The position numbers were made by a program, and so were the translations under genes. A model generated the notes under the pieces. It made no database searches and was not told where the DNA came from. It worked only from the letters and a program-made list of their open reading frames with translations. Shown here one piece after another: positions 1 to 10,487 of a stretch of 32,346 nt of DNA (positions within the stretch are counted from its first letter, which is position 1; the number at the start of each line of letters is the position of its first letter). Source of the DNA: Craspedostauros australis (lineage: Eukaryota); NCBI GenBank assembly GCA_030167865.1, contig JALAGF010002262.1, forward strand, positions 1 to 32,346. Reading direction: 5' to 3'.

Positions 1-3
1 TGG

Positions 4-53
4 GGACGCAAACTGAGCGTCCAATTTGCGTCCGGACGCAAGCTACGTAGGCC
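4..53. repeat. Cluster of inverted GGACGC(AA) motifs, possible terminus of a DNA transposon/MITE cut by the window edge
   Basis: GGACGCAAA (4-12), GCGTCC (17-22), TTTGCGTCC (25-33), GGACGCAA (34-41); 26-41 is a perfect 16-bp palindrome, followed by palindromic CTACGTAG (43-50) and GGCC. The repeats are seen directly; the transposon reading is inference. Confidence 0.5.
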
Positions 54-129
54 AGTACCAGGCCAAAATCATTATGGATATTATATGTCAGTTAATAGTC
101 CTTTTATCCCATCTTGTTGAATCAGACCA

Positions 130-264
130 TCAAACGGACAAACATTGCCAAGAGCAGTATGAGTCGAATGGGTCAATAGCGTCGCTGTGGTCCGTTGAAT
201 CGTATGTGATTCTCGCGCAGCAAACAACGAAGCACCACAGCAACAAAACAAATGACTTCACCAT
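130..264 (-). CDS. Possible short secreted peptide (44 aa), or first exon of a longer or truncated gene
   Basis: Hand translation MVKSFVLLLWCFVVCCARITYDSTDHSDAIDPFDSYCSWQCLSV*; gccATGg context; preceded on the minus strand by a CACAA-rich leader (about 315-400) like those before the real genes in this window; signal-peptide-like N-terminus. Confidence 0.3.
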   Translation of the reverse strand: MVKSFVLLLWCFVVCCARITYDSTDHSDAIDPFDSYCSWQCLSV

Positions 265-1148
265 GGCGCATCTGCCGTTGTGTTTGGGGTTCCGAGCAGA
301 TCCTCCGTTCTCTGTTTTGTTGTGTGTGTTTTGTTGTGCGTTGTGTTGTGTTGTGTCTTCGTCTTTGCTTCTGCTCTTCTTCGTGCTTGTTGCTCCTTGC
401 TCCTTGCTATTTGATACTTGGATACCTCGATCTGATCACCGACAACAGCACCAGCGACAGCAGAGTCAAACGACGAAATCGATCTCAACACGGTACGTTC
501 TCCATGATGGGATCGCGTAGAGTGAAGCACGATCTGTTTGTCTTGCTTCGGATCTTCTCCTGATTGCCGCACCAGAGCATGTCTTGGTGGCAGTTTCGCC
601 ATTCTCCAAGCATGCCTGCTTTGATCATGCTCGTAGACGCAGCTATCTGCCTCCGCCTCAACCTTCATGGCAAGCGATCATCGCGAATACCAATGGAGTA
701 AAAGGAGACGTCTCGGCGCAGCCACATTGGTGGTTCCATCTGCATGTGCTCCGCTCCACTTCGGTGCACAGGTCAAACCGCTGTGGCGCGGTCATGGACA
801 TGTTGGTCGCTATTTGATGAACACCAACGATTCGCTCCGTTTGGCGCCACATCTTGATGATCCATTGCTCACACAATGCCTACCATGCAACGCTCTCCAT
901 ACGCGACGGGCCCAACCCAACACCCACGATGAACTCATAATGATGCTCCACCATACACGTGCTCTCCACGAATCCTCGTATGCTCGTATTCATTCCTGAT
1001 GCTACACTACCATCACAATACACAGTCCACAGTCCACAGTACTCGTAGACAGCCCGCACGGAAGCAAGCCAGATAAACCCTGCTCCCGCCATCCAATAAC
1101 CAATAACCACCACCAACAGTAACAGCAACAGCAACAGCCACAGGAACC

Positions 1149-4100
1149 ATGCCGAAGAAGGATGGCGGCAACGCCAACGACAGTCGTTTCTTCACGACGC
1201 AAAAGAAGGGAGAGATGCACGAGCTGCGCCAGGAGCTGCATGACACCGACAAGCACGTCAAGGTCGATGCCGTCAAGAAGGTCATCGCGTTCATGACGGT
1301 CGGAAAGGATGTCAGCACCCTCTTCACAGACGTCCTCAACTGCGCCCAGACCGGAAACATCGAGCTCAAGAAGCTCGTCTACCTCTACCTCATCAACTAC
1401 GCCAAGACGCAGCCGGAGCTCACGCTGCTGGCCGTCAACACCTTCGTGAAGGACTCCAACGACTCCAACCCCCTCATCCGCGCCTTGGCCGTGCGCACCA
1501 TGGGCTGCATCCGCGTGGACCGCATCACGGAGTACCTTTGCGAACCGCTCTCGCGTGCCCTGCGCGACGACGATCCCTACGTGCGCAAGACCGCCGCCGT
1601 CTGCGTCGCCAAGCTCTACGACATCGCGCCCGACTTGGTGCAGGAACGAGGCTTCCTCGAGACCCTGCACGACCTCATCAGCGACTCCAACCCGTCCGTC
1701 GTTGCCAACGCCGTCGCCGCCCTGTCTGAGATCGCCGAGGCGTCCGGCAAGGACGTCATGAAGATTTCGGCCGCCGTGTTGCAGAAGCTCCTGGCCGCGC
1801 TCAACGAATGCACCGAGTGGGGACAGGTCTTCATCCTCGATTCCTTGGCCAAGTACACGCCCACCGATGGGCGCGAAGCCGAGGGCATCATCGAGCGCGT
1901 CACGCCGCGCTTGAAGCATTCCAACTCCGCCGTCGTCATGAGCGCAGTCAAGGTCATCCTCAGCTACATGGAGCTCATGGGCAGCTCAAGCAGCGACGCC
2001 ATCCGAGCGCTCACGCGCAAGCTCGCGCCGCCGCTGGTCACCCTCCTCAACAGCGAGCCGGAGATCCAGTACGTCGCACTGCGCAACATCAACCTCATCG
2101 TCCAGAAGCGACCGCACATCCTCGAGAACGAGATCAAGGTCTTCTTCTGCAAGTACAACGACCCCATCTACGTCAAGATGGAGAAGCTCGAGATCATCAT
2201 CAAGCTCGTCAGCGAACGCAACATCGACCAGGTGCTGCTCGAGATGAAGGAGTACGCAACCGAGGTCGACGTGGACTTCGTGCGCAAATCCGTCAGCGCG
2301 ATCGGGCGCTGCGCCGTCAAGCTTGAGAGCGCCGCCGAACGTTGCATCGGCGTCCTCCTCGAGCTCATCCAGACCAAGGTCAACTACGTCGTCCAGGAGT
2401 CCGTCATCGTCATCAAGGACATCTTCCGTCGCTACCCCAACCGCTACGAGAGCATCATCGCCACTCTGTGCGACAACCTCGACACCTTGGACGAACCGCT
2501 TGCGAAGGCCAGCATGATCTGGATCATCGGCGAGTACGCAGAACGTATCGACAACGCCGACGAACTTCTGGACAACTTCCTGGAAACGTTCGAGGAGGAG
2601 GACCCCGCCGTGCAGCTGCAGCTCCTGACTGCCACAGTCAAGTGCTTCCTCAAGAATCCGGAGGACACACAGGAGATGGTCCAGCGCGTTCTGGACATGG
2701 CCACCGAAGAATCTGACAATCCCGACTTGCGCGACCGCGGCTTCATCTACTGGCGTCTGCTCAGCACCGACCCCGAGGCGGCCAAGATGGTCGTGCTCGG
2801 TGACAAGCCCGTGATCGAGGATGACACCTTCCGTCTCGACCCATCCCTCCTCAACGTGCTCATCGGCCAGATCGCTACTCTCTCAAGTGTGTACCACAAA
2901 CCACCCGAAGCCTTCGTCGTGCGCCGTGGAGCCGGACTGGGCGGAGTCGGCATGGACGACGATGACGAGGACAATGATGCGGAGGAGAACTACGCCGCAG
3001 AAACCGACGTTGGTGGCGATGGCGACCTCTTGGATATTGGCGCGCTCAGCGTCAACGACTCTCCAGCTGGAATGGTAAGTGCGATGTCTTTCGATCCGTC
3101 TGTGTCTTGTTGGGCTGTGATTGTGGTTGTGGTTGTGACCGATAGGGTGGGGTGGGATACGGTAGTTGTGGCATGGGAAGACGATGGAATCCCTGTGCCG
3201 TTTCACGCTGCGCACAATACACTGCTCCACAATATCTCGTGGATTGAAGCAAAGAGAAACGTCGTTCCTTCGGTGCCAGCAACAGGACTCCACTCCTGTC
3301 ATCTCCAAAGTGGCCATTCGTTCATTCATTTATTCCTGCTCGGTCCTGTTTGTCCGGCACAAAACCACTCACACAATCACCCGCCCCTCCGTACTCCATG
3401 CATTCCTTCCCACTTGCCTTCCTGTCACCCGTGCCTCATGCCTCCATGCATCGCAGTACGAAACAAAGGCACCAATGAACAAGGTCTGCGGACCTGACAA
3501 GTCACAGGGGATCGAAATCTACGCCGGTTTCCGCCAGATCAACGGCACGATCCGCATGGAGATGGATGTTCGCAATGCAGGGGCGCAGGACGTTGTTGCA
3601 CTTGCCATCCAGCTCAACAAGAACTCCTTCGGCTTGTCTCCAGCCAGTCAGCAAATCATTCTGGACCCGCCGGTGTCGCAGGGATCCTCAGGTCAGACAT
3701 TTGTGGAATTGGTCGCCACGCCAGCGATGCTCGCACCAGCCCAAGGCAAGGCCAATCCGCAGGTCCAAGTTGCCATCAAGAACATGCAGACCAGCAAGGT
3801 GTTCTACTTCGCGGCGAACTTCAACCTCGAGGCCCTGTTCAGCAAGGATGGTCAGCTGGAAAAGTCAACGTTCATCGAGTCATGGAAGTCGATCAGCGAT
3901 CAGAACGAGGTCAACGCGACCATCGGAGATTTATCGCCGGCCTCCGTGGACATTGATGCCGTGATCCAGAAGTTCAAGGCTTACAACATCTTCTTCATCG
4001 CTCGCCGTCCCGTACCGAACACGGAGGGCCAGGAGGTCGTCTACTTCTCCATGCGCACAGCGACCAATATGGAATTCCTTACGGAACTGACCTTCAAGCA

Positions 4101-4194
4101 GGGCCTGCCAGCCTGCAAGATGTGTCTGAAGACGGAGAATTCTCCATACGCCTCTCTCGCCAAGGCCGCTATCGAGTCCGTCCTTCGTAGTTAG
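1149..4194 (+). CDS. AP1B1: AP-1/AP-2 adaptor complex beta subunit (beta-adaptin), 2 exons, about 887 aa
   Basis: Conserved trunk ([72 protein letters not shown]), acidic hinge with clathrin-box-like DLLDI, appendage domain ([18 protein letters not shown]). Exon 1 1149-3074, intron 3075-3456 (GTAAGT...GCAG, phase 0), exon 2 3457-4194. Beta1 versus beta2 cannot be separated by eye. Confidence 0.96.
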
Positions 4195-4511
4195 AGTAGA
4201 GAAGTATGCTCGAAGAAGAGCACGCGAGAGCACTCAAGACAAGTTTAGAGTACTCGTACGTATCAAGACGGAGTACCAATAGTTGTACAGAGATTGTCTG
4301 CTTCTGTTGTTTGCGAAGTATGGAGACCAGTCTTAGGTTTGAAACACTAGGGATACCACTGTAGATTGCGAAGAGTATGATGCTCTTTTTATTATCTACG
4401 AGTATGGCAGAGTATTCGTGCTCCAGTTGAACCAGCATGATGGCGAGTGTTGGAACGCAGGAGTCGAGTGTGGAATGCGAACGAGGTCAGCTTCAGCACT
4501 CCGGCGTCAAT

Positions 4512-4535
4512 AGCAGCAGCAGCAGCAGCAGCAGC
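4512..4535. repeat. (AGC)8 microsatellite
   Basis: Eight perfect AGC units in intergenic DNA. Confidence 0.9.
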
Positions 4536-4786
4536 AACGGTGAGGGTGATGGCAGCGGTAGTTGTTGCATACGACACTCATACCATACGACGAGCACTCG
4601 TGGTACACGTACGAGCTACGAGTGAGTGTGCTCGCATCGGCACTCACAACCATCAAGCCCACCCAGCGACCCCCAGCCGCATCTCCAAGTCCATAGCACG
4701 TCATGTTGCCGTCTATGAATTCGTTGGATACACCGGGTTGGTACGAATACGAGTACAAGTACGAGCGGTCCAGATGTCTACTAGTA

Positions 4787-6039
4787 TTATACTTGTACGA
4801 GGATGGTGCTCCAATCTGAAACTCCCCCTCCTTTCCCTTCCTTGTCTGCCTGCGGGGCTGGTCTGTAGCCCGTCTCTCGGCGAAGCAAAGGGTCACCACT
4901 CGGCCGGACGGAATGCCCATACTCTGCTCTGCCAGTATTTGACTCCTGGCGCATGGTTGCCACAGACTGCTTTTCCTTCTCGCTGTATTCTTTATCAGGT
5001 TTCCTATCTTTCCCTTCGTCTTTACCCCCTATTTTCGGCTCCAGCAATTCTGTCGGTAACTTCTCCTGCCTGCACGTCACACAGTGCACGCAGTCCTTCC
5101 CCGAATGGGAGATCCACGTGCTTGTGGTACACTCTGTCCTTGTTCTGTCGAACGCCGTTGTTATTCAGGGAGGAACTGAAGAAATCCTTGGCTTGAATAC
5201 AGATGGCGTATAAGGCATAGTCCACCAAGTAGCCCTGCGCATCTCGCTTTGTCCCAATGAAGGATACAGTTCCGCCGACCAGGTTGCAACTGCCTTCGGC
5301 CACGGCTGTGAGGGCTGGAGTGAAATTGTCTCTGCTTGGGTCGCCTCCCATCTCCATGTTGCGCTTCATTTGGTCCAGTGCCACCATCAGGTCTTTGTCC
5401 ATGATGAGGGTTTCTTCGTTGCTCTCCGAAACAACTCCAGGATCGAAATTCTTCCTGTCATCCAGGTTGGAGAGATGCATCTCGCCATCTTGTGCGGCTG
5501 TCACTCTACTCAATTTGTCCTTTGTAGCGGTGTTCTTCGTTGCGTTTTTGCATCTGCCTTCCGTTCTTACATTGAACAGTTTTATCTCAGACTCGCCCTC
5601 CAACGCAAGGTTTCACTCAACTAAGACAGCGATCACGCCCTCAAGCGCATCGCAAGCGGTCCGGACAGCGTGATCCACATGTTCACCAGTTCCTCAAGTC
5701 AACGGCATCATTGATGTTCCAAGACAACCCACCTGGCGACTCGCGCATCACATTCACGCAGTGTTGCCATACACACTGTATGAGTGTGAACACGAGCAGC
5801 GGCAAGCCTCTCTCAAGATGAGCAATGACGTTCCGACTGCGTTCCCACCAACGCGACATCGTCGATAAAGTCCAATCTGCGAATGCCATCATCGAGATGT
5901 CCACGGGGTCCGGCAAGATAGTCAGTCTGTCGCTCCAGCATGACCAAGCATGGTGAATTTGATCAATAACATCGAAATGCAGATATAGGCCTGGCAGATA
6001 CTCGAGTGCTCCACCTCTCCCCAGGACTTCCTTGCTCCT
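4787..6039 (-). pseudogene. Probable decayed coding sequence (pseudogene or transposon relic) of unknown family
   Basis: Three successive minus-strand open stretches with protein-like composition (6039-5683, 5693-5022 with one internal TGA at 5613-5615, and about 5089-4787), linked by apparent frameshifts; no recognisable domain. Confidence 0.4.
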
Positions 6040-6125
6040 TCATCCCCCCAAAAGGAAGACTATCCATCGACCATGCATAGGTACAAATACGCAATCACTT
6101 TGCGTTGTTGTGGAACACCCACGCT

Positions 6126-7702
6126 TCAATCCGTGTGCGGCTCCGATTCATCATCGTCATTGAGCTTGCGTTGTTTGTGTTGGCCAAAATCATTCTTCGG
6201 TCGAGCCTTGCACTGCTCCCGTTCCTCGTTGCCGGCCGTCACGATGTGCGGTCCTTTGACGCGGGGCAACCACTCGTAGGGCACATGGTTGGAACCGATC
6301 ATGGACAGCGGCAGGCTCCTCATGACATCCCGCAGGTGGAACCAGTAGATGGAAAGAATGATCTGATCACCCGGAAAGATGACGCCGAATTTGTGGTACA
6401 AATCGAGCAATTCCAAGAAGAAGGCTGAGTCATCGGCAGTCGCGATGGATCCTTGCTGCCTGCGCACGACGGCGCTGGTATCGAAGACAAGGAATGCAGT
6501 TGTGAAGTAGGTCGCCTGCCGCAGATTGGTTTGGATGAGAGTTGACAGTTCTTCGACGAGAGTTTCGTTGGCACAAGATAATAACCGTCCCTCCAGCATG
6601 TGCTGTCCCCATTTCCAAGGATCCGGCAATGCGAGGATGTGATGTTCGACCTCGGGCATTCGAAAGATCTGCCGCAAACGTGGTGCATGGATCGTCATGC
6701 AGGCATCCATGACTGTTCGATTATTCAACGTTTGCAATTCATGTATGCGGATGCGTGCGTTGGATAGATGTTTGTAACAAGAAGAATAGAGTGGAGCAAG
6801 AGGAAGCAATACGCGCATGCGAGCAGATGGATGCAAAGATGAACGCATGAATGGGATGAGTTTGCAGCCAACTCTTGCGGGAACAGGGTACGGCACGATA
6901 TTCCAACTGAAAAAGGCCAACAACATCACAGTCGAGCAATCGCATGTGTTTGACTTATGAAAGCACACGCACGATACGCATGAAGTATAATACATTTTGC
7001 ACGAGTACACTCGAGCATACCGATGGCATTCATAAACTCACACATGACCAAGTCCCACCGTTTGACGATTGCAGGATGAAAGATGAAGGCCTTGATGTAG
7101 TATCCCTGCCTGCCGAGCTTGCGCTTCGGTGGGACGCATGATACTTCCGGCGGCGCATTGCGGCGATAGTCACCATCCGGCAGCATGTCCTCCTGTCGAA
7201 AGAAGTACAGTCTCTGCAGCAGATCGCTGCCATCATCAGGCTGCTCCGCTGCGCGAGGATGTTGCTTCCATTCACTTTGGATGCGCGCGATGATGTGCTG
7301 CGATGCAACATCGCGTGTGATGACGGCTATATCGCCACGATACCGTCCATCCAAACGGACGGAAACGACGGACGACGCAACCGCATCGCAATATCGTGAA
7401 TCGCAGGCGAAGACGACGACGGTGGTCTTCTGGTCCACCCGGCGTTGCCATGGAACCGCGGATCCTGCCATTGCATCCTGCGCGGAGCCAACATCGTCGT
7501 TGACAACGGGAAGATTGCCATCGGCAGTCCCCGATCCGTCACAAGGCGTTGGCTGCGGCTGAAGGTCAACCAGCCGGAGACTCTGCTTGAGGTTGAAGAA
7601 GAAGCCGGCGAAGCACACCAGGAAGCCCAGCACGAGCGTCGCACGGCCATGGCTGCATCCGCAGCTACCGTCGCGGGCAACCCATTGCTTCGCTCTGGTC
7701 AT
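6126..7702 (-). CDS. GT8-like (GT-A fold) glycosyltransferase, type II membrane protein, 2 exons, about 415 aa
   Basis: Exon 1 7702-7042, intron 7041-6713 (GTGAGT...ACAG, phase 1), exon 2 6712-6126. Splicing gives YYIKAFIF...RWDLVMFMDAC, matching the GT8 'Y.K/R...YDRVLYLDAD' pattern; YFTTAFLVFD and PGDQIILS match 'YFNSGVLV' and 'DQD.LN'. N-terminal TM segment TLVLGFLVCFAGFFF. Confidence 0.75.
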
Positions 7703-8914
7703 TCCATGGGAGACCTTCGTTCGAGAGAGTGGAGTAGAGTATAGTGCTCGAGAGCCGTACGACTACTGCTACCGGTATGGCATGTACTCGTACGAGGATG
7801 CAATGTTGTGGCTGGTACTCCAATTGCAGGTGTGAGCAATCCTACTTGCACGCGCAGTCGTAGTCGTAGTTGTAGTGTTCTCTTATTTCCCGTGGATCGG
7901 TGGCTGTGTTGCATTCGATGTCTGCGACTTTGGGAGGCGGATCCAGATGGCGATCCTACTACTAGTATGTCTGCTTCCCCCTCTGTCTCTGTCTGTCTTG
8001 TCCCAGTATCGACGACAACCAAGACCGTTCTTGGTCGTCGTGCCGTTCTCTTGTGGTCATCGCTGTCATCACCATGACCGCGACTTCGGCTGCGGTTCCA
8101 CCCGACGCGACACAATCGTTCTCTGTCCTTCCCCGTTTCCTCCTTCTCCCCTTGTCGTGGATGCTCGTCTCTGCGACGCAATGATACTATTCGCCTTCCG
8201 GAGTTCATTACCGTTCTCAAGCACCAAGCGCATGAGTCGTTCCTGGTATAGCTTCGACTCGTCGGACTAACTATGGCTGGAGCCGATCCAAGAAACCAAG
8301 CAGTTTTCCGAGGTTCATGCGAATCGTGGTGGGAAAGTTGCGTCGCATGTATGCAGGCATCGTCGCCATAGATGTTGTCGCACACCTTCGCTTGTGCATT
8401 TATCAAAGGGGCGTTGCCATGACCCTCGATTAAATGAAACGAATACTGCATGGCATCATGATTCGTTTGTTTTCCGGATGCGATTTTCCGCGATTACCAG
8501 TGACTGCACACAAAAAAAAAACTCCCCAAACGGACTTCGCTTCGTCGATGGTGGCAACCACCCGCTCACAAAACCAGACACCCAGAAGAGTCCAAACGAA
8601 GACGAAACCACAAAACAAAACCGGCAAGAGACAACAAAACGACGACAGCGAAACGAGCGAAGACGGAGAGAGAGCAATCCAGCACGACTATTCCAGCTCA
8701 GGAGCCACAACTGACGCACCAGGAATGACAACAAAGGAGGCAGCCACCAATACACTCGTGCCATCCACATAATTTCCAGCATCGATCAAACAAGAACGAC
8801 AGCAACCACCAAGCACTCACTCATAAAAGAAAACCATACCCAAGCAAACGCACAACACTCAGCAACCACTCTTGACATACCATTCAAACTACTCTACAGC
8901 AATCAACATCAATC

Positions 8915-9343
8915 ATGTCCGCACTCCAAGGATTCATGGCCACCCTCCTGCAACAGCAAAACATCGCGGCGCAGCAAGAAGTCGTCAGCGACAACGCGAA
9001 AGCGCACGGCAACGCACCCGCCCACTTGCGCACCGACAATCAACCTTCCGTCTGCAGCTGCTGCGGTCCACGAACATCCTGCACAACGTGCCCTTCCCAG
9101 CAACGGCAGCAGCAACGACAAGGCCGCCGACGCAACAACCGATGGTGTTCGCACACCAACAAGGTGCAAGCCTTGGCATCGCCCATTCGCAAACTATCGA
9201 CCGACATTGAGGGCCTTCTGCAACGCTCCAAGGAAACATGCGGCGGTTCCTCCATGTATCTCATGCGTCAGCCTCGCCGTCGATCCAGTCTCATCGTACC
9301 GGATGATCGATCCTCTTCCTTCTTCGGCAGGATGTCGCCATGA
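8915..9343 (+). CDS. Small hypothetical protein (142 aa) with a VVSDNA motif
   Basis: atcATGt start after a long A/C-rich leader; hydrophobic-VSDNA motif, NNRW and basic Ser-rich C-terminus, an architecture I recall from small diatom hypothetical proteins (not verified). Confidence 0.65.
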   Translation: MSALQGFMATLLQQQNIAAQQEVVSDNAKAHGNAPAHLRTDNQPSVCSCCGPRTSCTTCPSQQRQQQRQGRRRNNRWCSHTNKVQALASPIRKLSTDIEGLLQRSKETCGGSSMYLMRQPRRRSSLIVPDDRSSSFFGRMSP

Positions 9344-10487
9344 GTGAAGAGCGGTGATCGCCGAGCCTTTTCCGCGTCTGCGCAGATTACTCCGGGTTCA
9401 AAGGGGGAATCCGAGGTGGATCACACGCGAGTGGACGCGCAGGCAGCAACAACAAACGCCAAGCAAACGCCACTGGCCATGAACATAGACAAATACAGCA
9501 TAAAATGTACAAAGTACAAACGAATAGAATAGAACACAACAATACAAGCACAACACAATACGATCCAGAGACATTGTTCGCAGACACACTCCAGCGATGA
9601 AGACCAACATACGAGTGTGAACACGAGTACAACGCCGTGCGTGTTGGCCCCTTGCCAGTCGCAGGCGTAGTCCACATTGATCGGTGCCGCATGCAGGAAG
9701 CCGACCGCTCGTTTGGAAAGCTTCTTGTTGGCATAAGTTCCCTCGGCATCGACAGTGCGCATGGTCGTGTTGTACAAACATGCATGATACTCGTATCCGT
9801 TCTTGTAGCCATGTGGAACATCCGTACTCGTATGTGAGACCACTGATTTTCCTGCGCACATGGAGACATGCAGGCAGGATGAGCAATGAGGAATCCTCGC
9901 CCTCCCTCTTTCCCTACCAAGCTGCCAGTCTAAAGGTCGCGGAGTAAGTCCTTGAATGGGTACAGGTGATCGCAGGCGGTCAGCTGTGGTCATTTGGACC
10001 ATATAGCATGGTGGGTGTCCTGCTCTTGTGTCCACGATGGTGCCAACGTCTGTGCCTGTAGCTCTATCTGGTACTGTGCCATACAAACACACTACACAAT
10101 GAACACTTGTGACATGTATTCTCTAGCTCGAACGTTAGCATCGCACTTGAGAGAGACAACATCTGTCTCAACCGATTCGATTCCTCCGACCACTTGTAGA
10201 CACGACTGGATGTCTCCTTCCTCATTCCCGTTTCGTATCTTTTTCCACTTCAGCTGTTCGCAACCAACAACAAAGCACAACAACAAGCTGCCTTCTGTGT
10301 GGAACAGGAAACATTGCATCAACACAAGTTGCCCTCCTGTCCCCGCAGCAGAATCGCCTGTGAATACCAATACTCGCAGAGGCCAGTCATCACCATCAGT
10401 CAGCATCATCAGCAGCAATAGCAGCAGCAATAGAATCGCTCACTTTCCTATCACAAATCAAAGAACGAACAAACGAAACAAACGACA

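Noticed and set aside
1002..1919. 305-aa antisense ORF over beta-adaptin
   Set aside because: Shadow ORF of a highly conserved gene.
1149..3497. 782-aa and 342-aa ORFs treated as two separate genes
   Set aside because: They are two exons of one beta-adaptin joined by a canonical phase 0 intron.
4447..5196. 249-aa plus-strand ORF with poly-Ala
   Set aside because: Starts at TTG, reads through a microsatellite and TACGAG-rich intergenic DNA; the minus strand is more protein-like.
7699..8451. 250-aa minus-strand ORF upstream of the GT8-like gene
   Set aside because: Low-complexity translation of promoter and leader sequence with no domain or codon bias.
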